IMG/VR virus record: IMGVR_UViG_3300021499_000001
Length of the DNA: 64,000 nucleotides
From: an uncultured virus (IMG/VR IMGVR_UViG_3300021499_000001)
Taxonomy: Duplodnaviria > Heunggongvirae > Uroviricota > Caudoviricetes
Reading direction: 5' to 3' (one strand)
Numbering within the stretch: position 1 is the stretch's first letter; each line of letters starts with the position of its first letter. Positions 48,164-58,351 of this stretch are shown piece after piece. Position numbers and translations under genes: made by a program. Below the pieces are notes generated by a model. It ran no database searches. It saw nothing but the letters and a program-made list of their open reading frames with translations, and had not been told where the DNA came from.

Positions 48164-51100
48164 TGCCAGAGGATAGGACAAACATTGTCTCTGATCCGAG
48201 TTCTAAGTCTACTGGAGATGAGAAGGCTAAAGGGAAGGGTTATGGAATGTTGCCTCTAACGGCTAGTTTGTTTTTAGATGATATGCTTCAGTTTACGAAT
48301 GAAGCATTTCCTCTTGCATCTGCAATGTCTATATTGAGTGGTGATTATCATTTTATTGTGCGTAATTGGACGACAGCTTACCCAGATAGATATATACCTG
48401 ATAGGATTTTAAATAAGAGGGGGTCGACGCCTCTATTCTATTATGATAGTGATATAGGAATTAACAACAAAGTTATACGTGCTCTTGTTAATGAGACTCG
48501 ATATCAGGCTAATATGATTCTTAATCAGTTGGCGGCATTTACTAATATGCCAGAGGATCTTATTGAATCTATTAAGCAGCAATTAAAGAAATTTTATGGA
48601 CCTGAGGCTGCTAATAAGTTTGAAAATGAAATTAAAAAACACACTTATGGAAAAAAGTTAGATTTAAAGGAATACAGGAAGTTTCTTGAACAATTTAAAG
48701 AGCTTTATTTAGATGATTCGCGGCTTCAGTACTTGCTTGATTCATCAGATAAGCAGACAAGTAAATTATTGGGTGGCTTGGATGCGCGGCTTGGTCTATT
48801 ATCATGGTTAAATGTCCGCAATTACGCGCGCTTATACATCAAGCTTTTGGAGCTCAAGGAGATATTGGAGCAGATTGGAAAGGGAGAGGGAGCCGTGCCT
48901 CCTGATGCTGATGCGCTTAATCTTATAAAGGCGATGATAATAGCTAAGTACAAGGTTGATAATCCAAAAGCATCGGAAGCAGATATATCAGCAAAGACTG
49001 CTGAGATAGATGCTGCTTTTGGTGATGAAGCAAAGTTGGCGCAGGTACTAACAAAATATGGTAAGGAGCTTGCTGATATATATAGTTCATATGATAAATT
49101 GAGTAAATTTGTTGATAAGCTTATTAATGTTTGGACAAATGATCCGTTTTTTAGCGGATTGTTATCGGCATATAGGGCAGAGAATAGAAATATCACTGAA
49201 ATTTTATGGTTGGCAAGGGATATTGCCCATGTTGATGCTGTGTTTGCGGCTAAGAATGTAGAAGATGCTGTGAATACCTATTTCCAGCATTCCCTTATGG
49301 TGGGTCCTAAGGAATTTGAAACACAGTTAGATATTTTGTACCGTATTCTAGTTACGTATCCCCTAGAGGTTGCCTATAAAGTGAACCGAATTTATCCAAC
49401 ATTCAGGATTTTCCTTGTTCATCCGGGCACGGGGCTTATTTACTCATTCAGAGACTTTTATTCACCAAAGGCTGTTGAGAGTATTGATATTTATAGAGAC
49501 AAGTTAGGCACGGCAGATGTATGTCGTATAACAGTTTCTAACCGGGGTGGTCAGTTTGTAACAGATCTTCCAGCGTTTCTTGAGCCACATGATATTATTG
49601 ATGCAGGAGGTGCAAGGACACCTCTTATGTTAAAGCCCGGCATGTATCTTATTGTGAAATTAGGTTATGCTAATTTGGAAAATGATCTTAGGACTAGGTT
49701 TATAGGGCGTATAACAGATGTACAGATGCAGGAAGGGCGCATTGTTGTTATGGCACAAGGTCTTGGTACTCAGTTGTTGATGATACCTGGGCAGGATGAG
49801 GATCATAAGGGTGAGATTAAGGTCAAAGATGGTGGGATATTGAGGTTATTAGGATTTGGTTCTATTATAAGCAGTTATGGGGCGCTTATTGCTCATTTAT
49901 TATTGCAGACACGCGGGCTTGGTGATCTAGGTCGCCGTGTGAGTTTGTTCCGTAGGTGGGAGCTAGGGTATCGTGGTGCTGTTTATAAAACACATCGCGG
50001 TCCTGTTATGTTTGCGTTATCTAATGTATTAAATCGTTTTCTTCATAATACAGCACACCTTTTGCCATTTTTTGCTAAGAAAGTTGTTGGTGTTTTTAAA
50101 TATTCGCCATTATATTATATTTTGCCTAAACGGACGCGCGATAACATAGATAAAATAGTTGATGCCTTGCCTTTATTACCCACAATCATGGATTCATATC
50201 GTCATTACCGTGATATAACACATAATATTGGTGCTCTTATGGAAAATATTTATATTGATGCAGGTGTTGGTGGAGCTAGTACATACACGGGACTGGGGAA
50301 ATATGCATGGGATATACTAGCTCAATATTTTAGAAGCATATTTGGTGGTATTGGACGTGGGCGTTCAGCTAAAGACATTCAGTCGCAACAGAGACCTATT
50401 AATAGTGAGGTTGTTCCATGGGGTATTGAATACTATACTCGTGCAAAGTCCTTGTATGACTGCCTAAAAGAAGTGGCGTGGTTCTTCCCTGGATATATTT
50501 TATATACACCATTTTATAATGAGGATTTTGTGTATAGTGCGCGGGCAACTATATTTATAGGTCAGAAGACATTTTATTACAGATATAGAGATGATTTGTA
50601 TTCAAGAGTCGAGGATGGTCCTGTTATTAAGAAAGCATTATTGGAGATCATTGATGATGCGATGCAGAATATAGGTAAATTAAAGAAGGTTGATTGGATT
50701 TATCGTTATGGGCAGTTGTTTTATCTATTTCCTGATATAAATTCTTTCCTAGGTACATACAGTTCTTCACTTATGAGATCATCGCCAACAACACAGTCAG
50801 GTAAGCTTCCCGGTTATTTAGATCTAGTTTCTGGTGGTCGTGCACATGCTGTTCCACAAACAGTAACAGAAAGTAAGGGTGATATAACTGGGGAGGAGTT
50901 TAGGGTTCAATTGCAGGATCTTAGGACTCTTATCGAAACAGAGGGTGAATCATTACATAAAACAGGGAAGAACATTTTTCACTTGAAATTTTTATTCAGG
51001 CCCGAGAATTATTCCCCCGATGTTTATAACTATGTATTATCGATGAAGCCAGAGGTTGCGTTGCATATGGTATCAGCGCGCCCGCTTCAAAAAACTCACT

Positions 51101-52176
51101 TTATTAATAGTGAAGAGGATATTATAGCCAACAATCTTGCTGCCAATGCAACCGATATGCATAATGCGGTGGCTTATTATTTCCCCCACGATCCATTTAT
51201 GTGGGCTCCGGGGATAGCAGTGCCGGGGCCTGATGAAAATAAATTTGATAATTTCTTTATGTATGTGTTGGATGATTCAATTCCTGATGATATATTAACA
51301 CCTGTTGAGTTTTATGAGCCAAACTCCGATCCTAATGTATGGTTTGACTGGCGTCGCAGTTTGGCATTCAAGAAGCGTGTCAAGAAGAAAATTTTGGAGC
51401 CGAAAGATCTATTAGAAGCATTCCAGTTTTTGCCGGCTTACATGATGCAGCCGCTTAACAAACTTATGGAAGAGATTGCTAAGATGTATGCAGGTGAGGT
51501 CATTATTGTTGGTATGCCGACGATTGATCCATGGGATGTAGTTTACATGATGGATTTAACGAATGATATGATTGGTTTACTGGAAGTAGAGGGGGTTACG
51601 GAGCATTTTAGTGTTGAAACCGGTTATGTTACTGTTATACATCCATCGCTTTTTACAACTATTGACATGCTTGATAAATATAGAGCAAGTGTTTTGCACC
51701 GTGTGTTCCATACAGTTTATGCGTCGACGTTAAAGGGTGCTATTTTGAAGGCGGTATTGACAGCTTTTGGATTAGCCATATTTGGACCATTCATAGGTGC
51801 AGCAGCCTATTTCATAGGCATATCTGCTGGATTTTTGCTTATACCACTCATCATATATAAAATAACCGCAGGCGTTTATAAAACTTTAAAAGAGCATACA
51901 AGTCTGATGGTATTTAATGCAGCTAGGGTTATGTTAAGGAATGCTTTATCATTTATACCTGTATGGTATAAGGGATTCCCGTATGTGGCAGGGATACAGG
52001 GTTACAGAAGAGATACCATAGAGGTTATGATGTTGGATAAGTATCGTAATAATCCTGTGATACGGACGTTCATTGGCATAGATCCATATCGGCTGTGGTA
52101 TAATCAGGGGAAAATAGATAATTGGTATATATTTGGGACATTCTTTAAATCTTTAATTGGATTTTATCCATTCTGA
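48163..52176 (+). CDS. Baseplate hub-like protein (gp27/gpD family), enlarged
   Basis: CRITVSN..LKPGMYLIVKLGY..RFIGRITDV..VVMAQG and GEVIIVGMPTIDPWDVVY..EVEGVTEHFSVETGYVTVI; hydrophobic segment near the C-terminus. Confidence 0.7.
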   Translation: MPEDRTNIVSDPSSKSTGDEKAKGKGYGMLPLTASLFLDDMLQFTNEAFPLASAMSILSGDYHFIVRNWTTAYPDRYIPDRILNKRGSTPLFYYDSDIGINNKVIRALVNETRYQANMILNQLAAFTNMPEDLIESIKQQLKKFYGPEAANKFENEIKKHTYGKKLDLKEYRKFLEQFKELYLDDSRLQYLLDSSDKQTSKLLGGLDARLGLLSWLNVRNYARLYIKLLELKEILEQIGKGEGAVPPDADALNLIKAMIIAKYKVDNPKASEADISAKTAEIDAAFGDEAKLAQVLTKYGKELADIYSSYDKLSKFVDKLINVWTNDPFFSGLLSAYRAENRNITEILWLARDIAHVDAVFAAKNVEDAVNTYFQHSLMVGPKEFETQLDILYRILVTYPLEVAYKVNRIYPTFRIFLVHPGTGLIYSFRDFYSPKAVESIDIYRDKLGTADVCRITVSNRGGQFVTDLPAFLEPHDIIDAGGARTPLMLKPGMYLIVKLGYANLENDLRTRFIGRITDVQMQEGRIVVMAQGLGTQLLMIPGQDEDHKGEIKVKDGGILRLLGFGSIISSYGALIAHLLLQTRGLGDLGRRVSLFRRWELGYRGAVYKTHRGPVMFALSNVLNRFLHNTAHLLPFFAKKVVGVFKYSPLYYILPKRTRDNIDKIVDALPLLPTIMDSYRHYRDITHNIGALMENIYIDAGVGGASTYTGLGKYAWDILAQYFRSIFGGIGRGRSAKDIQSQQRPINSEVVPWGIEYYTRAKSLYDCLKEVAWFFPGYILYTPFYNEDFVYSARATIFIGQKTFYYRYRDDLYSRVEDGPVIKKALLEIIDDAMQNIGKLKKVDWIYRYGQLFYLFPDINSFLGTYSSSLMRSSPTTQSGKLPGYLDLVSGGRAHAVPQTVTESKGDITGEEFRVQLQDLRTLIETEGESLHKTGKNIFHLKFLFRPENYSPDVYNYVLSMKPEVALHMVSARPLQKTHFINSEEDIIANNLAANATDMHNAVAYYFPHDPFMWAPGIAVPGPDENKFDNFFMYVLDDSIPDDILTPVEFYEPNSDPNVWFDWRRSLAFKKRVKKKILEPKDLLEAFQFLPAYMMQPLNKLMEEIAKMYAGEVIIVGMPTIDPWDVVYMMDLTNDMIGLLEVEGVTEHFSVETGYVTVIHPSLFTTIDMLDKYRASVLHRVFHTVYASTLKGAILKAVLTAFGLAIFGPFIGAAAYFIGISAGFLLIPLIIYKITAGVYKTLKEHTSLMVFNAARVMLRNALSFIPVWYKGFPYVAGIQGYRRDTIEVMMLDKYRNNPVIRTFIGIDPYRLWYNQGKIDNWYIFGTFFKSLIGFYPF

Positions 52177-52766
52177 TGGTTGTCGATTATGTAAATAAGT
52201 TAGAGTTTTATGATGCTGATCGGATGCTTGGGCTCTTTAGGGTAAGGCAAGGGCTTTATGTTGGTTATGTAATCAATTTACGCCTTGGTCAAAAGTTTGA
52301 TGATGCCGATTTATTTTTATGGTTTCATTCGGAGAATCCCAGTCCTTATGATGGTAATAAACCTGTTGATGAGACAGATCATTTAGATCCTCCTCATTAC
52401 ATAAGTTTGCTTCTACCTGTTTTTACTCGTGGTATAAAGGGGGCGACTGTTTCACCATTGGAGGCATCGATTGTGAGTGCGCCTTCTGCATATGGTTCGA
52501 AGGATAGTGCATCAGTAACTGATGGTGAGGGGCACGGCTTATTCGTAAGTAATAATACAGTAACAATCAATGCGGAGGATGCTGGTATTACACTTGGGCG
52601 TGATGGCGTTTATATAAAAGGTAGAGTATTGTTCGAGGAACCATCCAATACCTATGGGTGGTTTAAGAAGAATCCCATGGCAATAATTCCTTCTACTGTT
52701 GTTACTCCATTTCCTGACTTATCGATTGATGTCGAGATGTTAAGCAAGCTAATACCGGGCTTATAA
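52176..52766 (+). CDS. Putative baseplate spike/assembly protein
   Basis: Between hub and wedge genes; short beta-strand run GLFVSNNTVTINAEDAGITLGRDGVYIKG. Confidence 0.45.
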   Translation: MVVDYVNKLEFYDADRMLGLFRVRQGLYVGYVINLRLGQKFDDADLFLWFHSENPSPYDGNKPVDETDHLDPPHYISLLLPVFTRGIKGATVSPLEASIVSAPSAYGSKDSASVTDGEGHGLFVSNNTVTINAEDAGITLGRDGVYIKGRVLFEEPSNTYGWFKKNPMAIIPSTVVTPFPDLSIDVEMLSKLIPGL

Positions 52767-53245
52767 TGGTGGATTTGCACATAAATCATTTAGGATTGCT
52801 TAGTGATGATGTTTTTATCGATACTGATAAGAATGAGTATCTTGCTGATTTTATTGCATTTTTGCTGCGCACCACCCCAGGAAGTATTGATATTTATCCA
52901 GAACTAGGTGTTGGTGTTTATGATATGATCGGTGAATTCTGGTCAAAGGAGAAGAAAAAGCACATTACATTAGCTATAAAGAGAAAGCTTAATGATCTGC
53001 CTCAGATAGGAAACAGGGTTGCCCGTATTACTGTGTCAAGGGTTATAGAAAAGGGTGATACTTATTTATTCATTGGTATAACGCTTATTACTGGTGAGCG
53101 ATATTTTTACACATTAGTTATGAATGAGCATGGGTTGAGATTATCAAAAGGGGGTAGGGATGAGGTATATGATGAGTATGTAGAAATGTTGGCAAAAGTG
53201 GAGTTTAAAGATGAAGATTTCAATAGCATTATGGAGCTATTATGA
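52766..53245 (+). CDS. Baseplate wedge protein, gp25/GpW-like
   Basis: LLRTTPGSIDIYPELGVGVYDMIGE; precedes the J-like gene. Confidence 0.75.
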   Translation: MVDLHINHLGLLSDDVFIDTDKNEYLADFIAFLLRTTPGSIDIYPELGVGVYDMIGEFWSKEKKKHITLAIKRKLNDLPQIGNRVARITVSRVIEKGDTYLFIGITLITGERYFYTLVMNEHGLRLSKGGRDEVYDEYVEMLAKVEFKDEDFNSIMELL

Positions 53246-54336
53246 TTACCAAAACAGCAATCAAAAATATATTAGCTGATGCTGGCTTTGACACAACAGA
53301 TGGTTCTCATTTGGATAGGTTGGTTGATGCCATGTATGATGTTACACAGCAACTATTTTCTTCATGGGATATAAATCTTGATGCTTTTAATGTTGATGCT
53401 CTTTCTGGTGGTGATCTTGATCGAGTTGGTGATTTCTTTGGTATAACACGGTTACCTGCATTGAGGGCAAGTGATCCATTGGGTGTGATTTTAAAGGTAA
53501 CCAATGAAACGGATGATCCTATTACATTGCCAACGGGAATATTGGTTAGGTCGGCTGATTGTAATTATGTTTTAACAAATGAAGCCGCCATCACCATCGA
53601 ACCACATGATTCAGTGTTTGTTCCATTCGAGGCATTAGTTGAGGGAACAGTAGGTAATGCTGCTGTTGGTGAGGTTAACAGCATTGATTATGTAGGTTTA
53701 TCTGTAACTAATGTATTACCAATTTTGACTGGTCGTGATGAGGAACCTGATGATTCATACCGTTATCGTCTGTCGTTAGTGCGTCACATGCGCATGGGAG
53801 TTACTGCTACGGCATTAGAGGCGCTTGCATATACATTTCCATATGTAGCTAATGCTAGTGTTGATACAGTAGGCGCGGGCTTAATAACCGTTTTTGTTGA
53901 ACCTGTCATAGGTTATTATGACCCAGCATTATCCTATTATGTTAAACTATATTTGCAGCGTTTTACGGCAGCTGGTGATTTATTGACAGTTCTTATGCCA
54001 TCTGTAAAGGTTGTTGAACTGGATATAGCATACAAATCGCGGACTGATCATACTGCTGAAATCTATAACATTGTTGTTGATTATTTATTGAATCAAACAT
54101 GGTCGTTTTCAATTACTGAGATAATAGAAAGAATTTATGATTCCGTCGGGCCTATTGATCTATACATAAGATCTTGTTATGTTGGTGATTTAGATCTTAA
54201 GGCAATGACTGTTTACAACAGGATACCTATTATTGATGAATATTTACCTGAACGACGGGAGGAACCTGAGGTACCTGTTTTCTCATCTGTGCGGTTTTAT
54301 ACTAATTCAGATTTTATTAAGATAACTAGATTATGA
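53242..54336 (+). CDS. Baseplate J-like wedge protein
   Basis: SGGDLDRVGDFFGITR..EALVEGTVGN..TGRDEEPDDSYRYR..TATALE. Confidence 0.88.
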   Translation: MITKTAIKNILADAGFDTTDGSHLDRLVDAMYDVTQQLFSSWDINLDAFNVDALSGGDLDRVGDFFGITRLPALRASDPLGVILKVTNETDDPITLPTGILVRSADCNYVLTNEAAITIEPHDSVFVPFEALVEGTVGNAAVGEVNSIDYVGLSVTNVLPILTGRDEEPDDSYRYRLSLVRHMRMGVTATALEALAYTFPYVANASVDTVGAGLITVFVEPVIGYYDPALSYYVKLYLQRFTAAGDLLTVLMPSVKVVELDIAYKSRTDHTAEIYNIVVDYLLNQTWSFSITEIIERIYDSVGPIDLYIRSCYVGDLDLKAMTVYNRIPIIDEYLPERREEPEVPVFSSVRFYTNSDFIKITRL

Positions 54337-56693
54337 GAGCCGTAATTTCTAAGTATAGAGGTTTAGTATCCGATAGTGTAATGCGCAGAACATTTCCGCC
54401 GTGGGTATATGTTGAACCCGGCGGGCCTCTCTACACGCTTATCGGTACACTATTATCCCTTACTGAATCATATGCAAGGTATGCCCGCTATTTACGTCGC
54501 AACGATCCATTAAAATCATCATTACAGGATTTAATTAATTTGTATTATAAAACAGTACCTGAAAAACCCGAATTTTGTAATGTTCGTGTTGGTGATAATT
54601 TATTTAAAATAGCTATTACGGATGATCACATAGAATTTCTGGGAGCTGATATAGGATATATTGCACCTGTGGGTGTGATAAGGGTACCAGAAGGAGTACA
54701 AGATTTTATTGTTTACAGAAAGGATATGGAACTTTACCTTGATGTTGTGACATCAAGTGAGCATTATTCGACTAAGTATCCTTTTGAGGTATTTAAGAAA
54801 ATGTCTCCGTTTATAGCGGGGACTGTGGTGAAGCGCGGGCTTATTATCACTCCTAAATACACAACCTATACCAAACTTGATACCTTTGAGGAATCAAAAT
54901 CCGATCCTTATTTTACCATCACAAAAAAGGTTAAAGTCATCGATCCGTTTCATAAAAGAGATGGAATTTCATTATCGTGGGTTCTTAATGATGGTGAGGT
55001 GATAGATCATAATTTGGTAGATCCTGCAACGTATGAAGCCGCGCCGCTTACTGTTTCTAACTTTATGTTTCCCTATACGGATGATAGCACTCCTTACAAA
55101 TTCCGCATTGAATTTGATAATGGTATGGTCCAGTTGTATAATCCTGTTTCACCATTTTATATAATTTATGAGTATGGATCACCAACGCCATATATATCAT
55201 TTAACCAGTCATATGATTACATCCAAGAGGAAATGGTAACTGATTACCCTGATGAAGTTATCTCTAATGGTACTACAGGTGACATGCATCTTGAGGGGAA
55301 TCATATGGTTGTTGATGTTACATTGAATAATATGGTGTCAACCTGTGATCTTTTGGTAGCGCGGCTTATTTCTCATGCCTATTTAGGTGACCCTGATGGT
55401 ATAGAACCAAATGAGTCTGATGATGAGGGTCATTACTATAAATTTACCTTTAATCCAGAACCTTCTGATCCTTATGAATATGGTAATGGGGAAAATAACA
55501 GAGGATTGTTATTTGAAGTCATTTTGCAGCGTGCAGAAGCAAGAGTTGATCTACATGATGCATCGATGACTGATGTTGTGACATTTCCTGTTGGTACTGA
55601 TTTAAAGGATTATTTTACTGTTTCACATGAGGGGTTGACTATATCCATAAGGCCTAACGGGGCACTACTTGAGACGGCTGAGTATGGGACTAGTGACTTT
55701 AAGTTTGCATTTACATTTAAGTATGTATTAATATATACAGTAGAGGGTAATGTACCAACTGTGGGGCGTTTGCAGTACCTTGATGAGGTTATAAATTGGG
55801 AGGACCCTAATGCATGGGTGATTGGTCCTATGACTGCATATATTGATTATGTTCCTGAGGGTTATGGCGAGCGCTTCATCTTTACTGGTGGATTGACAGA
55901 TTATAAGGTGATATTACAGGCAGATGTGCATGAATATGATTCAGTGCATCCAGATACACCCGGACCGGTCTTGTATGCAAGTGGTACTGATATAACAGAT
56001 CTGGTCGAATTAGAAGTACGTGAGGATTATATGCGGTTTGTGCCCAAGATAGAGTTATCATTTAATGGCTTTGAATTCAGGAATTTAAGTGCAACAGTAC
56101 CGGCTATAAGGGTACAAGGTATCCTGCAGATCGAGACATTGAAATTTTATGAGCTGATACCAACTGTCGAGAATATGGTGCATATGTCATTATCATTGTA
56201 TCCATTTACCCATCGCACAAAAGATACCGTTATAAGTAGATACAGTAGATTTCTGTCGAGTGTGAAAATAACAGATATAAGGGTTTATAATTTTCTTGAA
56301 TATATTGATAATGTTCTTATTGAGGATAATATTACAGTTCAGGCATTAGGGCCAGTACGGGCTTATGTATTAAAGGCATATCCGACGCGCCTATTTTTAT
56401 ATTATATGGGGACAAATGATGTAGAATATAGGGATTTTGATAGTAACATTCGTAGTATTACCCACTTTGATGGGTATATCTTTATTGCGCTTGATGATGG
56501 TATTTATGCATATGATTTATATGCTGCTGAGGTAACAAAACTGAGTGATGTTGTGGCTGATAGGATACGCATCGGTCCTGATAATAAATTGTATATTCTT
56601 AAAGGTTCAAGGATTACAGTATGTGAATTGGTAAGAAATAGGGCTTTTTATAATGGTACAGAGATAGTATCATTTTATCCTATTGTAGAATAA
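54333..56693 (+). CDS. Baseplate/fibre-region structural protein
   Basis: 786-aa acidic, beta-rich ORF after baseplate J. Confidence 0.55.
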   Translation: MRAVISKYRGLVSDSVMRRTFPPWVYVEPGGPLYTLIGTLLSLTESYARYARYLRRNDPLKSSLQDLINLYYKTVPEKPEFCNVRVGDNLFKIAITDDHIEFLGADIGYIAPVGVIRVPEGVQDFIVYRKDMELYLDVVTSSEHYSTKYPFEVFKKMSPFIAGTVVKRGLIITPKYTTYTKLDTFEESKSDPYFTITKKVKVIDPFHKRDGISLSWVLNDGEVIDHNLVDPATYEAAPLTVSNFMFPYTDDSTPYKFRIEFDNGMVQLYNPVSPFYIIYEYGSPTPYISFNQSYDYIQEEMVTDYPDEVISNGTTGDMHLEGNHMVVDVTLNNMVSTCDLLVARLISHAYLGDPDGIEPNESDDEGHYYKFTFNPEPSDPYEYGNGENNRGLLFEVILQRAEARVDLHDASMTDVVTFPVGTDLKDYFTVSHEGLTISIRPNGALLETAEYGTSDFKFAFTFKYVLIYTVEGNVPTVGRLQYLDEVINWEDPNAWVIGPMTAYIDYVPEGYGERFIFTGGLTDYKVILQADVHEYDSVHPDTPGPVLYASGTDITDLVELEVREDYMRFVPKIELSFNGFEFRNLSATVPAIRVQGILQIETLKFYELIPTVENMVHMSLSLYPFTHRTKDTVISRYSRFLSSVKITDIRVYNFLEYIDNVLIEDNITVQALGPVRAYVLKAYPTRLFLYYMGTNDVEYRDFDSNIRSITHFDGYIFIALDDGIYAYDLYAAEVTKLSDVVADRIRIGPDNKLYILKGSRITVCELVRNRAFYNGTEIVSFYPIVE

Positions 56694-56694
56694 T

Positions 56695-58320
56695 ATGAGA
56701 AGTGCTGGTTATTTAAATATAGCGGCCTATTTTGATGCGGTACCGAATAGGGAGCTAAAACAAGCGGAAATATCATATTTGTGGAAGCGTATTGGTGGTG
56801 CACCTCTGACACTTCATTATATGTCGCTGAATCGCATATTGATGGCGTTCTTGATGAAGGATTTCGATGTTATTAATTACCGTTTTCCATTTAGAGTTGA
56901 TGGATTATCATTATTCGCTTATAGGAAAAGAGGTGGTGATTGGAAATATAAAGTATATGGGGATATTGAAGCCGCCGCCTCCCTTATAGACAAATATGAG
57001 GAGGGCGATGACTATCCATTCTTTCCTGTAAGAACGGAGACCTCATACATGATTGTACCTTATCCGGGGTATGAGATTCTTTATATTGGTGATAATAGTC
57101 AAGAACTTTTTGAAGCGCCGGCTCCATCGACAGATAGATTAGTTTATTCAGCATTGTATTGGGCCTTGTTATATGCTGATGATTATGGGTATTTACCTAA
57201 GTCAATTGAGGAGCATATTATTAACTGTTTGTTAAAGAGACCAACGACGATGGCGGGCTTCGAACCCTATGCTTATGATGTGGCTGAATATGATGTTAAT
57301 ATGGGTTCCTATCCTCTTATGACTGGAGCCCGTGTTGCGTATCCTGATAAGGATTTTAGTATTGATGCATCTAAGCCGGCGCCCGGCTTATGCTTCGGTC
57401 TGGAGGTGGATGACATAGAGGTTGATGCTGAGGATTATCGTTTTGTTATGACCGACGGCGGCTTCATCATAGGCGGCCGCTTCCTACACACAGGGTTATA
57501 TGATGTTTATGTTTATGATATTTCTAAGTATGAGTGGGATGATGGAGCAGGTACATGGATACCAGTTGGGCCATATGAGGAGCCGATAGATTTAAAGTTA
57601 TCAGTTCCTCTTTCGTTTCCACATCTTATTTTCGCTTTCGAAAAACCGTACATGTTCTCTCATCATTATGGTCGTATTGACCCAACGCCTGGTGATAGCT
57701 TTGAAGTACCATTTATAGATCCTCCGTTGCCTTATTCATTGGAGGGGGCCTATACGCCTTATTCTGGTTCATACCATGATGCTGTGTATGGTAACCCAAC
57801 TGTTTTGGATGAATATCTTTTGAAATGTGTCGATCCAGATAGTCCTGAGCGTTACAGTTATTCGATTCTTGATACGGATCTTATTAGGATACATCATTGT
57901 GGATACAGGACATACATTTATATATTTATTTTGCGACATGATGAGTTGCAAAAATTAAATAAAAGTGTTGATAGTGTTAAATATGATGTTTTAGACGGAC
58001 TAACATTAGGGATTGTTGGCATTGATGATGACTTTTCAGATACTACCATAGAAATCAGAGGTAATCCTGATCCATTGTATTTACCATCTAGTTATGAGTG
58101 GTTGACGTTAAAGGTAAAAGAGGATGGTGTATTTTTAGATGCTATTGTTGTTAAAGCATATGATGATTCAGATAATCGTATTGTAATGCATCATGCCAAT
58201 CTTGCTCCTGATTACGGTACATCTGATGTCTATCCTATTATGACAACATGGTTTGGGTATGCTTTAGTAGGTGTTGAAGATAGTTCACGTATTGATCATT
58301 TTGTGGTTGAAAAGATTTAA
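56695..58320 (+). CDS. Baseplate/fibre-region protein (Tyr/Asp-rich)
   Basis: 541-aa ORF; synteny only. Confidence 0.5.
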   Translation: MRSAGYLNIAAYFDAVPNRELKQAEISYLWKRIGGAPLTLHYMSLNRILMAFLMKDFDVINYRFPFRVDGLSLFAYRKRGGDWKYKVYGDIEAAASLIDKYEEGDDYPFFPVRTETSYMIVPYPGYEILYIGDNSQELFEAPAPSTDRLVYSALYWALLYADDYGYLPKSIEEHIINCLLKRPTTMAGFEPYAYDVAEYDVNMGSYPLMTGARVAYPDKDFSIDASKPAPGLCFGLEVDDIEVDAEDYRFVMTDGGFIIGGRFLHTGLYDVYVYDISKYEWDDGAGTWIPVGPYEEPIDLKLSVPLSFPHLIFAFEKPYMFSHHYGRIDPTPGDSFEVPFIDPPLPYSLEGAYTPYSGSYHDAVYGNPTVLDEYLLKCVDPDSPERYSYSILDTDLIRIHHCGYRTYIYIFILRHDELQKLNKSVDSVKYDVLDGLTLGIVGIDDDFSDTTIEIRGNPDPLYLPSSYEWLTLKVKEDGVFLDAIVVKAYDDSDNRIVMHHANLAPDYGTSDVYPIMTTWFGYALVGVEDSSRIDHFVVEKI

Positions 58321-58334
58321 ATTTTATGTATAAT
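58307..58334 (+). promoter_or_regulatory. Sigma70-type promoter candidate
   Basis: TTGAAA (58307-58312), 16 nt, TATAAT (58329-58334), followed by GGAGG and ATG 58352. Confidence 0.45.
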
Positions 58335-58351
58335 AATATTGGAGGATTAAC

